Below are positions 17,719-26,711 of a stretch of DNA of 32,583 nucleotides, piece by piece; position 1 is the first letter of the stretch; each line of letters begins with the position of its first letter. The notes under the pieces are model-generated. The model saw only the letters and a program-made list of their open reading frames with translations. It did not search any database and was not told the DNA's origin. The position numbers and the translations under genes are program-made. Source of the stretch: Syntrophomonadaceae bacterium (GTDB lineage Bacteria > Bacillota > Dethiobacteria > PWVN01); NCBI GenBank assembly GCA_003561835.1, contig PWVN01000185.1, positions 1 through 32,583 on the forward strand, in the 5' to 3' direction.

Positions 17719-18513
17719 ATGGGAAAAGATTTTATCTGCTTTCTGGGGACGGGCGGGGCCCGCTTCGTGGTCTTCCGGCAGCTCCGCTCCTCCGCCGGCA
17801 TCTGGTGCCGCTTCAACGGCCTCAATATCTGCATCGACCCGGGGCCCGGGACCCTGGCCCGCTGCTTTGCCGGGGAAGAAACCCTGAGCCCGGAAGACCT
17901 GGATGCCGTGATCCTCAGCCACCGCCACCTGGACCACTCCGCCGATGCCAACGTCATGGCCGAGGCCATGACCCGGGGCACCTTTCACAGGAGGGGAGCC
18001 CTCTTCGCCCCCGGGGATGCCCTGAACGGGCCGGAACCCGTGGTTTTCCGCTACCTGCGGCAGTCGGTAGAGCGGGTGGAGGTTTTGCGGCCGGGAGGGC
18101 GGTACCGGCTGGAGGGCATCTCCTTCACCACACCCGTGCGGCATCTCCACGGGGTGGAAACCTACGGCCTCTACTTCAGCCTTCCCGCCGGCCGGGTGGC
18201 CTTCATCATGGATTCCCTTTTCTTCCCCCAGCTGGCCTCCCATTATGCCCGGGCCGAGGTCCTGATCCTGAATGTGGTCCTCTTCAAGCATCCCGGGCAT
18301 CACAAGATCAAGCACCTGGACCTGGAAGCGGCGGAACAGATCCTTGCCGCTGTCCGGCCCCGCAAGGCCTTCATCACCCACTTCGGCACCACCATGCTGG
18401 ACAGGGACCCCCCCGCCCTGGCCGCCCGCCTCGCCTCCCGGACGGGGGTGGAGGTGGCGGCGGCGGAGGACGGGATGCGGGTGGAGCTGGAGGGGCTTCT
18501 GGGTCCCTGCTGA
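17719..18513 (+). CDS. MBL-fold metallo-hydrolase
   Basis: The HxHxDH motif is present (SHRHLDHSAD) along with downstream His/Asp ligands. 264 aa. Confidence 0.85.
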   Translation: MGKDFICFLGTGGARFVVFRQLRSSAGIWCRFNGLNICIDPGPGTLARCFAGEETLSPEDLDAVILSHRHLDHSADANVMAEAMTRGTFHRRGALFAPGDALNGPEPVVFRYLRQSVERVEVLRPGGRYRLEGISFTTPVRHLHGVETYGLYFSLPAGRVAFIMDSLFFPQLASHYARAEVLILNVVLFKHPGHHKIKHLDLEAAEQILAAVRPRKAFITHFGTTMLDRDPPALAARLASRTGVEVAAAEDGMRVELEGLLGPC

Positions 18514-18542
18514 AATACCCAAGCCGAGGAAAGAGAGAGAAG

Positions 18543-19844
18543 ATGCTGAAGAACATCACAGCCCGGTCAAAAAAACTGCCCCTCTTCTTCAACTACACCG
18601 TGGGATATGTGGGAATCGGCCTCATCACCAACGTGGTGGTTACCTGGGCCATGTACTTCTACTCCCCTCCCCTGACTTCGGGGAGGATTGTCTACATGTC
18701 CGCCACGACCTTCGGGCTGGTCATCGCCCTGGGGCGGATCGTGGATGCCGTTACGGACCCCCTGGTATCCGTCTGGAGCGACGGCTTTCGCTCCCCCTAC
18801 GGTCGGCGGATCCCCTTCATCGCCGCCGGGGCTTTGCCCACGGTGCTGGCCTTCGTCTTTATCTGGTACCCTCCGGTGGCAGGCCCGGCCCCGTTGAATG
18901 TGGCCTACCTTCTGGTCATGCTGGGGCTGATGTTTTTTGGGTTGACGGTCATCACCTGTCCCTTCCTGGCCCTGATGCCGGAGATTGCCATAGGCCCCGC
19001 CGAGAGGATGCGGGCGGCGGAAGGGATTGCCCTGGCCCACATCGCCGCCCTGGTCACGGCCATGCTGGGGGCCGCCTTCTTCATCGAGGAGTTCGGTTTT
19101 CAGGCCATGGCCGTCTTCGCCGGGACGGTGGCCCTGGTTTCCTTCCTAAGCCCCGTCCTGACGGTGCGGGAGGCTCCCCGGGAGAACCGGCGGGCACCCT
19201 TCCCCTTCCGGCAGGCCCTCCTCCTGACCCTGAAGAACCGGGTTTTCCTCCCCTATATCCTCTCCCTCCCCTTTTTCTGGTTCGGGTTCAACTTTGTCCT
19301 CATGGGGGTCCCCTACATCACCACGGTGCAGATCGGCCTCAGCGAATCGGGGGTGGGCATCGCCCTGATCCTGGCTTTGGTGGTGGCCCTGGTCTGCTTT
19401 CCCCTGGTGCGGCGCCTGTCCCTCATCAGGGGGAAGAAATACGCCTTCAGCGCCACCATGCTCTGCTCCTCCTTCCTCCTCATGGGCCTGGCCAGCGTGG
19501 GCTCATGGCCGGGGAGCATCCCCGTCCACCTCCAGGGGATGACCTTTATCGCCGCCGCCGGGATTCCCCTGGCCGGCCTCTTCATCCTCCCCAACGCCCT
19601 CCTGGCCGACATCACCGACGAGGACGAGAGGAACACGGGCCAGCGGCGGGAGGCCGTCTACTACGGCATGCAGGGCCTGGTCATGAAAGGCACCATCGGC
19701 CTGTCGGCCCTGGTCCTGGGCCTGCAGCTGGAGACCTTCGGCTACTCGGCAGACAGCTACCTGGGCATCCTCCTCATCGGCCCCGTGGCCGCCCTCTGCC
19801 TGCTGGCAGGCTTCTTCATCTTCCGCCTCTACCCCCTCAACTAA
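18543..19844 (+). CDS. MFS transporter, GPH (glycoside-pentoside-hexuronide:cation symporter) family
   Basis: MLKNITARSKKLPLFFNYTVGYVGIG.. with GRIVDAVTDPLVSVWSD (the GPH D-x-x-x-DP motif). About 12 TM segments. The 781-aa track ORF is this gene plus a spurious upstream extension through the MBL gene. Confidence 0.85.
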   Translation: MLKNITARSKKLPLFFNYTVGYVGIGLITNVVVTWAMYFYSPPLTSGRIVYMSATTFGLVIALGRIVDAVTDPLVSVWSDGFRSPYGRRIPFIAAGALPTVLAFVFIWYPPVAGPAPLNVAYLLVMLGLMFFGLTVITCPFLALMPEIAIGPAERMRAAEGIALAHIAALVTAMLGAAFFIEEFGFQAMAVFAGTVALVSFLSPVLTVREAPRENRRAPFPFRQALLLTLKNRVFLPYILSLPFFWFGFNFVLMGVPYITTVQIGLSESGVGIALILALVVALVCFPLVRRLSLIRGKKYAFSATMLCSSFLLMGLASVGSWPGSIPVHLQGMTFIAAAGIPLAGLFILPNALLADITDEDERNTGQRREAVYYGMQGLVMKGTIGLSALVLGLQLETFGYSADSYLGILLIGPVAALCLLAGFFIFRLYPLN

Positions 19845-19971
19845 AGTAAGTTGACTTTCGGGGTCAGGCCTAAAAGTAAACTTACTCACAATAGAATATA
19901 TTAAATTTAAGATTCTGGCACAAATTGGCATACAGTGGGACGCCAAGATCCACCCCCTCTGTCCCGGGCGC

Positions 19972-20904
19972 CTATTTTAATCCCCTGCCGCCGGCGGGGG
20001 TGCCCCTGCCGTCCCTCACCAGGGGGGAAGGGGTGCCGATCAGGGCCTTTTGCAGCTCCCGGAGGATTTCCGGCTCCAGGTCCCGGGCTGCAGCCAGGAG
20101 CAGGGGGATGGCCGGGGCCTGAAAGCCTTCTTCCTGGCCGGAAAAGGTGCCCGCCGGGACGGGGGCCCTCACGGCAAAGGGCAGGGACTCCTGCCACGCC
20201 TTTTCCTGCCCCGGGGTGAAGGGGACGGCCCTCAGGCCTTCTGTCCCGCCCTCTCCAGGGATGGGGAGGGGGAAAAGGCAGAAGGCCGCATCCAGTTCCT
20301 CCTTTTCCAGGGACTTAAGGGCTTCTCCCTCCACCAGGTAATACAGGGAAAGGGAAGCCAGGTCCAGTTCCAGGGCCTTAAGCAGCCGGTAGGCCAGAAT
20401 CTGGGTGCGGCTGCCGCCCTGGCCCAGGGAGACGGTCTTCCCCTTAAGGCCGCCGGCGTCCTTAAGGGGGCTGTCCGGGGTACCCAGGAGGTACAGGGGT
20501 TCCAGGCCCAGACGGGCAACCGGGGTCACATCCCCCCGGATAGGGTTTTGGGAAAACATTTCCCCTTCCTCCCGGGCGTAGTGGACCAGATCGGCGCTGA
20601 CGATGGCCAGCTTCGCCCGGCCTGCCGCCAGGAGGCGCAGGTTGGCCTCCAGTCCGGCGGAAAGCTCCGGCACCAGGAGGATTTCTTCACTGCGGGCATT
20701 GACCCGCTCTGCCACGTCCTGGCCCAGAGAAGCATACCGGCTGCCGCTCCCCCCCGTCAAGAGGGAGAGAGGCGTTTTTTCCTTTTCTTCTGCGGGTTCC
20801 CGGCTGCAGCCGGCAAGGAGAGGGGAGAGGGAGAGGGCAAAGACGAGGAGCAATATAAAGGGCAGGAGAAGCTTGGGCCGGGACGGCTCTTCTTTCGTTT
20901 GCAC
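19972..20904 (-). CDS. TAXI-family TRAP-type solute-binding lipoprotein
   Basis: GTG start with AGGTGA upstream. The signal peptide and lipobox read LLLVFALSLSPLLAGC. The body, ..LLTGGSGSRYASLGQDVA...LRLLAAGRAKLAIVSADL..LKGKTVSLGQGGSRTQ.., matches the TAXI (NMT1_3) pattern. Confidence 0.8.
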   Translation of the reverse strand: MQTKEEPSRPKLLLPFILLLVFALSLSPLLAGCSREPAEEKEKTPLSLLTGGSGSRYASLGQDVAERVNARSEEILLVPELSAGLEANLRLLAAGRAKLAIVSADLVHYAREEGEMFSQNPIRGDVTPVARLGLEPLYLLGTPDSPLKDAGGLKGKTVSLGQGGSRTQILAYRLLKALELDLASLSLYYLVEGEALKSLEKEELDAAFCLFPLPIPGEGGTEGLRAVPFTPGQEKAWQESLPFAVRAPVPAGTFSGQEEGFQAPAIPLLLAAARDLEPEILRELQKALIGTPSPLVRDGRGTPAGGRGLK

Positions 20905-20988
20905 CAGGGATCACCTCTCTCCTATCTTTGGGCATCATAAGACAAAATTCCTGCTCCCGGGAGAAATTTACAGGACATTTCCCGGGAA

Positions 20989-22434
20989 ATGGAGAAGATA
21001 AATACCAGAAAGAGCTCGCCCGCGGGAGGCTTTCGGAGCTCCCCCAAACCGGAGGTGACGGACTTGAGAACCGCCATAAAACTCTTTATCGCCCTCATGA
21101 GCCTGGTGCTGCTGGCCTTTTGGCTGCCCCGGGCCCTGATGCCGGAAGACGCCCAGGAACCGCCCCGGGAACCCCTGGAGTTTGTCGGCTTCTTGCCCCA
21201 GGGCGAAGGGGTGGACATCGAGACCCTCATCACCCTGGAGCTGGCGAACTTTCCAGACCCCGAGTCCCTGGAGGGACGCTTCAGCATCTACCCGGAGATT
21301 CCGGGGCGCCTGGAGGTGGAGGGGGAGAAGATTCACTTCATCCCCAGCATCCCCCTGGACTACCACACCCGCTACCTGGTCACCGTCAGCCAGGGGGTCC
21401 GCACCCTTCTGGGAGATGTTCTGGAAGAGGCCGTCACCCTGGAATTCACCACCAGGCCCCGGCCTCCCCTGACCATCTACGCCGTGGGGGACATCATGCT
21501 GGACCAGCTGACGGGAAAACGGCTCGAAGAATACGACCCCGCTTACCCCTTTGCCGGGGTTCGGGATATTCTCAAAGAGGGGGATGTGGTCTTCGGGAAC
21601 CTGGAGGCCCCCATCTCATCCAGGGGGAAGCCCCTTCCCGGGAAAAAATACACCTTCCGGGCCCTTCCCTTCTCCGTCGAGAGCCTTCTCGACGGGGGGG
21701 TGAACCTGGTCTCCCTGGCCAACAATCACATCCTGGACTACGGGGTCTTGCCCCTGGAGGACACCCTGGATATCCTGGACGACCGCGGGATCTTTCACGC
21801 AGGGGCCGGCCGGAACCTGGAGGAGGCCCATGCCGGCACCGTCATGGAAATCAAAGGCTACCGGGTGGGCCTTCTGGCCTACACCGACGACTATGCCGTC
21901 CCCACCGCCCACCGTTCCTTCTGGCAGGCCGGCCCGGACACCCCCGGTGCCGCCCTCATCCACGACCAAAATCAAATCGAGGAGGATATCCGCCGCCTGC
22001 GGGAAGAGGTGGACCTGCTCCTGGTCTCCTTCCACTGGGGAATCGAGTACACCTACCGGGTTACCCCCGGCCAGAAGGAACTGGCCCGCCTGGCCGTGGA
22101 TGCCGGGGCCGACATGGTGCTGGGGCACCACCCCCACGTCCCCCAGGGGGTGGAGCTTTACCGGGGGAAACCGGTGGTCTACAGCCTGGGCAACTTCGTC
22201 TTCTACCCCTTCAAGAACCCGGTAACCCACGATACCCTGATCCTTGAGGCCACCTTCCAGCAGGACGGGTTTACTTCCCTTTCCCTGCTCCCCGCCCGGG
22301 GAGGGGACAGCCAGCCCTACCTGCCGTCGGGCCGGGAGGCGGAGGGGCTCTTAAGCCTCCTGGGCCAACTCCTGGCGGAGTTCGGCACCCCCTTTGAAAC
22401 CCGGGACGGGAAAATACAGCTTCAGCTCGACTAG
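20989..22434 (+). CDS. CapA-family (PGA_cap metallophosphatase-like) protein with N-terminal TM anchor and Ig-like region
   Basis: ..YAVGDIMLD...VVFGNLEAPIS...VNLVSLANNHILDYG...FHAGAGRN...SFHWGIEY...MVLGHHPHVPQGVE..YSLGNFVF.. The start is uncertain because no SD precedes 20989. Confidence 0.8.
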   Translation: MEKINTRKSSPAGGFRSSPKPEVTDLRTAIKLFIALMSLVLLAFWLPRALMPEDAQEPPREPLEFVGFLPQGEGVDIETLITLELANFPDPESLEGRFSIYPEIPGRLEVEGEKIHFIPSIPLDYHTRYLVTVSQGVRTLLGDVLEEAVTLEFTTRPRPPLTIYAVGDIMLDQLTGKRLEEYDPAYPFAGVRDILKEGDVVFGNLEAPISSRGKPLPGKKYTFRALPFSVESLLDGGVNLVSLANNHILDYGVLPLEDTLDILDDRGIFHAGAGRNLEEAHAGTVMEIKGYRVGLLAYTDDYAVPTAHRSFWQAGPDTPGAALIHDQNQIEEDIRRLREEVDLLLVSFHWGIEYTYRVTPGQKELARLAVDAGADMVLGHHPHVPQGVELYRGKPVVYSLGNFVFYPFKNPVTHDTLILEATFQQDGFTSLSLLPARGGDSQPYLPSGREAEGLLSLLGQLLAEFGTPFETRDGKIQLQLD

Positions 22435-22455
22435 AAGGCTTCGGGAAGAGGTGAG

Positions 22456-22989
22456 ATGACCGTGATAAAAAAAATCGGCGTCCTTTCCGACACCCACATC
22501 CCCAACCGGGCCCGTTCCCTGCCCCCGGAGCTCTTCGACGCTTTCCAGGGGGTGGACATGATCCTTCATGCCGGCGACCTGGTGCAGGAGGAGGTCCTCC
22601 TGGACCTGATGGCCCTGGCGCCGGTGGAGGCGGTGGCGGGGAATATGGACCCTCCCCACCTGGAAAAGCGCCTCGGGGAGCGAAAGCTTCTGCAGATCGC
22701 AGGGCTGCGCATCGGCCTGACCCACGGCCACGGGCCCCGGGGGAAGATCATGGAGAGGGCCTACCAGGCCTTTGCTTCGGAGAGCCCCGACTGCGTCGTC
22801 TTCGGCCACAGCCACCAGCCCTGTAACATCCGCTACCGGGGCGTCCTCCTCTTCAACCCCGGTTCTCCCACCGACAGGCGCCGGGAGAAGTACCCTTCCT
22901 GCGGCCTGTTGACCATCGCCGGGAGCAGCATTTCGGGTGAGATCCTTCTCTTCAAGAAAAAAAGATCCTTCTTCCCCTTCCCGGGTTGA
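22456..22989 (+). CDS. YfcE/MJ0936-family metallophosphoesterase
   Basis: Motifs LSDTH, HAGD, GNMD, THGH and GHSH occur in the canonical order. GAGGTGAG is the SD. Confidence 0.88.
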   Translation: MTVIKKIGVLSDTHIPNRARSLPPELFDAFQGVDMILHAGDLVQEEVLLDLMALAPVEAVAGNMDPPHLEKRLGERKLLQIAGLRIGLTHGHGPRGKIMERAYQAFASESPDCVVFGHSHQPCNIRYRGVLLFNPGSPTDRRREKYPSCGLLTIAGSSISGEILLFKKKRSFFPFPG

Positions 22990-23076
22990 AGTTCCAGTTT
23001 TGCACCCTCCCGCCGGACCACAGCGGTGCCCCGTGAAAATAACTCCCCGGCGAACCGGGGAGGCCAGGAGGAAACC

Positions 23077-24864
23077 ATGGTCAAGCTCACCTTTATGCCC
23101 CAGCAGCACACCGCCCAGTACCCGCCGGGCACCAAAATTTCCGCAGCCGCGGAGGCAGCGGGCTTCCCCCTGGACCTGGTCTGTGGGGGCCGGGGCCGCT
23201 GCAAAAAGTGCACCGTCCTGCTGCAGGAAGAGGGCCGAAAGCCCCGGGAGGTCCTGGCCTGCCAGGAGGAACTGCACGCCGATGCCCTGGTCCAAATCCC
23301 CTACCGTCTTCTGAAACAGGAAGCCGTCATCCTGACGGGCGGCACCCCGGGCAAGGTGAGGCTCAACCCGGCAGCGGCAAAGGTCTTCCTGCCGGCGGAC
23401 CGGTTAAAACAGCACCCGGCCGACGGGGACCTGGAGCGTGTGAAACTGGCCCTGAACAGCCCCCGCCTCAAGCCCCCTCCCCTGGAGGTTTTGCGGAGCC
23501 TTTCCGCCCGTCTCAGGAGCCCAAAAGGGGTCACCGCCCTCCTCCTTCAGGACCGCCTGACCGCCCTGGAGGAAGGGGACACCACCGGGGATTTTTACGG
23601 CCTGGCCGTGGACATCGGCACCACCACCGTGGTGGCCTATCTCTACGATTTGCATACCGGGGCCCAGGTTTCCGTGGCCTCCTCCCTGAACCGGCAGACC
23701 ACGGTGGGGGCCGACGTCATGTCCCGCATCAACGAGGCCATGAAGGAGGAGGGACTGGTAAGGCTCCACCGTCTCGTCCTGGAAACCCTGGAGGCCCTCC
23801 TGCAGGAGGCGGCGGAAAAGGCAGGGATTTCTCCCGGGCAGGTCTACCTGGCGGTTCTGGTGGGGAACTCCACCATGCAGCACCTCTTCTGCGGGTTCCC
23901 CCCCTACTACCTGGGCCGGACCCCCTTCACCTCCACCGTCCTGGAGCAGGTCCTTCTCCCCGCCTCAAAGCTCCCCCTGTCCATGAACCCCGCCGGGCAC
24001 CTTATCTTTCTGCCCTTGATCGGCGGCTTCGTGGGGGCCGATACCACCGGGGTCCTGCTGGCCGCAAAGCTGGGGTATTCCCGGAAGCTGCGCCTGGTCA
24101 TCGATATCGGGACCAACGGGGAAATCCTTCTGGGAAGCAGGGAGAGGCTTTTGGCCTGTTCCACCGCTGCCGGCCCCGCCCTGGAAGGGGCAGGGGTCGC
24201 CTTCGGCATGCGGGGCACCGAGGGGGCCATCGAGGACGTTGCCATCACCCCGGAAAGGGTCTCGTATAAAACCATCGGCAGGACAAAGGCCCAGGGAATC
24301 TGCGGCTCCGGCCTGGTGGCCGCCCTGGCGGGAATGCTCCGGGCCGGCCTGGTCAAGCCCAACGGGCGGCTGCTGAGTCGGGAGGAATTTTTAACTGCCG
24401 GCGGCAGCGCGAAGCTGGCCCATCACCTGGAGGAGGTTGAGGAAAGCCGGGTCTTCCGGCTGACCCCTGCCGAAGAGGGGGGGATCTACCTTTCCCAGGG
24501 GGATATCCGGGCTGTCCAGCTGGCCAAGGGGGCCATCTCCACGGGAGTGGCCCTGCTCCTGGAAGAGCTGGGGGTGGCCGGGGAAGACCTGGCGGAGGTT
24601 CTGCTGGCGGGGGCCTTCGGCAACTACATCCAGGTAGATAAGGGGCAGGCCATGGGCCTGATCCCCGATTTCCCCGGGGTCCCCGTCCGGCCCATCGGGA
24701 ACGCCGCCGGGGCCGGCGCCCAAAAGGCCCTGCTTTCCCGGCAGGGCCTCAAAGAAGCGGGAAGGATCGCCGCCTCCGTCCGGCATGTGGAGCTGGCCAG
24801 CCACCCCAGGTTTCAGGAGCGGTTTATCGCGTCCCTGGGCTTTCCCCCGGGGAAGCGGGGCTAA
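23077..24864 (+). CDS. ASKHA/DUF4445 protein with N-terminal [2Fe-2S] ferredoxin domain (RACo-like corrinoid reductive activase family)
   Basis: The N-terminus carries CGGRGRCKKC...LAC, a ferredoxin Cys pattern. ..GLAVDIGTTTVVAYL.. and ..IDIGTNGEI.. are ASKHA phosphate motifs. The start is at ATG 23077, preceded by AGGAGGAAACC. Confidence 0.8.
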   Translation: MVKLTFMPQQHTAQYPPGTKISAAAEAAGFPLDLVCGGRGRCKKCTVLLQEEGRKPREVLACQEELHADALVQIPYRLLKQEAVILTGGTPGKVRLNPAAAKVFLPADRLKQHPADGDLERVKLALNSPRLKPPPLEVLRSLSARLRSPKGVTALLLQDRLTALEEGDTTGDFYGLAVDIGTTTVVAYLYDLHTGAQVSVASSLNRQTTVGADVMSRINEAMKEEGLVRLHRLVLETLEALLQEAAEKAGISPGQVYLAVLVGNSTMQHLFCGFPPYYLGRTPFTSTVLEQVLLPASKLPLSMNPAGHLIFLPLIGGFVGADTTGVLLAAKLGYSRKLRLVIDIGTNGEILLGSRERLLACSTAAGPALEGAGVAFGMRGTEGAIEDVAITPERVSYKTIGRTKAQGICGSGLVAALAGMLRAGLVKPNGRLLSREEFLTAGGSAKLAHHLEEVEESRVFRLTPAEEGGIYLSQGDIRAVQLAKGAISTGVALLLEELGVAGEDLAEVLLAGAFGNYIQVDKGQAMGLIPDFPGVPVRPIGNAAGAGAQKALLSRQGLKEAGRIAASVRHVELASHPRFQERFIASLGFPPGKRG

Positions 24865-26549
24865 AAGAAACAGCTCTTGCCGATGAACTCCCGCAGGATG
24901 GAGTTGAAGGGGACCTCCTCCGGCTCAAAGGGCAGGAAATACTGGAGGAAATGGAGGAGGCGCTTGGCCTCCATGTGCTCCCCGGTGTCGGGGGGGATGG
25001 TCTGGAGCAGGGGTTCGGCAAAGGGTTTCAAGACGGCCAGCTCGTAGGTCAGGGCGGAATTGAACATGACATCCGACTCTTCCTGAAAGAGAAAAATATT
25101 TTTCTCCTCCCCCCGCCGCACCGAAGGCCACCGCTTGATGGTGTCGGCGGCTTTATGGTTGCGGAACTGGCTGTCCCGCACCAGCCGGCGGAGGAGGCGG
25201 GTGTCGGTGGTGTGGATGCGGTTGTGGCGGTCCATGTTCAGGGACGTCAGGGCGCTCACATAGATCTTCAGCTTGCTGCCCCGGGGGATGGCCTCCGTCA
25301 GCCGCTCATTGAGACCGTGGATCCCCTCCACCATCAGCAGCTGCCCCGGCTGCAGCTGCAGGGGCCGGCCGCGAAACTCCCGCCTGCCTGTCTTGAAATT
25401 GTAGGTGGGCAACTCCACTTCCTCGCCCCGGATGAGAGCCGTCAGGTGTTCATTGAAGAGCTCCAGTTCCACAGCTTCCAGGGCTTCGAAGTCATATTCC
25501 CCCTTCTCGTCCAAGGGGGTCCTTTCCCGGTCCAGGAAATAGTCATCCAGGGACAGGGGCAGGGTTTTCATGCCGTTGACCAGAAGCTGGATGCGCAGGC
25601 GCTGGGCAAAGGAGGTCTTCCCCGAGGAAGAGGGCCCGGCGATGAGGATGAGCTTCAGGCGATCCTGCTCCGCCTTGATGATATCGGCGATATGGCCCAC
25701 CTTTTTTTCGTGAAGGGCTTCCGCCACCCGCATGATGTCCGCACCCCGGCCCTCCTCGATATGGGCGTTAAGGGCCCCCACCGTATCCACCCCCAGGATG
25801 GCGTTCCAGTGCTCCGCCTCCCGGAAGATCCCAAAGAGCTGGGGCTGCTCCCGGTAGGGAGGCAGGGCTGCGGGGTTGTCCTCGTCGGGGAAGCGCAGGA
25901 TCAGCCCCGGCAGGTAAAATCTCAGGGCGAAATGCTTCAGGCAGCCGGTGCTGGGCACCAGGTACCCGTACAGGTAGTCCCGCAGGGGCCCCAGGGAATA
26001 GAGGTCCAGGTGCTCCTTGGGCCTGTATTTCAAAAGATCAAATTTGTCCGTGTCCCCCTGGGCGGCAAAGATCTCCCGGGCTTCCTCCATGCTGAGCCGC
26101 TCCTTTATGAAGGGCAAATCTTCCTTGACCAGTTCCCTCATCCGCCTCTCCAGGGCGGCCACGCTGGAGCGGGTCAGGGGGCCTGCCCCCTGGATTTCAC
26201 AGTAGAGGCCCTTCCCCAGGGAGTGCTCCACCATCACCAGGCCCCGGGGGAAGAGGTCCCTGGCGGCGGCAATCAGCAGGAAGGTGAGGCTCCGCCGGTA
26301 AATGCGCATGCCGTCCCCGTGGCTGATATCGATGAACCCCACTTCGGACCCGGGCCCGGGTTTGTGGTTTAAATCTTTCAGGGAGTTATCCACCCGGGCG
26401 GCCACTATATCGTGGGGGAAATTGTCCCGAAGGGCGAGGCTGAGGTCCAGCAGGGTTTGCCCTGAGGGGACTTCCAGCCTGCGGCCCCCGGGCAGCAGCA
26501 CCCGGATCCCGCCGGCCCTTTCGGGGGTTACAGCCCTTTCTTTTGTCAT
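24861..26549 (-). CDS. Uridine/nucleoside kinase-family protein with N-terminal TGS-like and ThrRS-like additional domains
   Basis: The P-loop is IAGPSSSGKTSFAQRL, and a PRK/Udk-type body follows (..LSLDDYF...MVEGIHGLN..). The N-terminal region is about 270 aa and starts IRVLLPGGRRLEVPSGQTLLDL (TGS-like). AAGGAGAGG is the SD. Confidence 0.8.
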   Translation of the reverse strand: MTKERAVTPERAGGIRVLLPGGRRLEVPSGQTLLDLSLALRDNFPHDIVAARVDNSLKDLNHKPGPGSEVGFIDISHGDGMRIYRRSLTFLLIAAARDLFPRGLVMVEHSLGKGLYCEIQGAGPLTRSSVAALERRMRELVKEDLPFIKERLSMEEAREIFAAQGDTDKFDLLKYRPKEHLDLYSLGPLRDYLYGYLVPSTGCLKHFALRFYLPGLILRFPDEDNPAALPPYREQPQLFGIFREAEHWNAILGVDTVGALNAHIEEGRGADIMRVAEALHEKKVGHIADIIKAEQDRLKLILIAGPSSSGKTSFAQRLRIQLLVNGMKTLPLSLDDYFLDRERTPLDEKGEYDFEALEAVELELFNEHLTALIRGEEVELPTYNFKTGRREFRGRPLQLQPGQLLMVEGIHGLNERLTEAIPRGSKLKIYVSALTSLNMDRHNRIHTTDTRLLRRLVRDSQFRNHKAADTIKRWPSVRRGEEKNIFLFQEESDVMFNSALTYELAVLKPFAEPLLQTIPPDTGEHMEAKRLLHFLQYFLPFEPEEVPFNSILREFIGKSCFF

Positions 26550-26711
26550 TTAACGTCCTCTCCTTTGTCACTCTCCCCCCTTATTTCGGTACGGGCAGGG
26601 CAAAATCCTGCAAAATCCCCCGGGTGCTGCTGCCCGGGCAGGGAAACCCCCCTGCCGGGACGAAGTATAATGTAAGGAAACTTCATAACTGCAGCCCAAA
26701 GAGAGGAGACG

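Noticed and set aside
17499-18542. N-terminal 348 codons of the 781-aa track ORF
   Set aside because: This Pro/Arg/Gly-rich extension overlaps the MBL hydrolase gene in another frame. The real MFS/GPH protein begins at ATG 18543 (MLKNITARSKKLPLFFNY..).
18272-19849. 525-aa plus-strand ORF
   Set aside because: It is an alternative frame of the MFS transporter gene. Its extreme Pro/Gly/Arg content has no TM pattern or motifs.
19916-19931. Sigma-54-like motif TGGCACAAATTGGCAT
   Set aside because: The GG-to-GC spacing is 9 nt rather than the required 10, there is no TTGC -12 element, and on the plus strand it would only read antisense into the TAXI gene.
20928-22247. 439-aa plus-strand ORF
   Set aside because: It is an alternative frame of the CapA-like gene, is Pro/Gly/Arg-rich, and shows no family features.
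24951-26372. 473-aa ORF on the plus strand
   Set aside because: It is antisense to the P-loop kinase gene (24861..26549, minus). It has no recognisable motifs and a Gly/Pro/Val/Gln-rich composition typical of a GC artefact.
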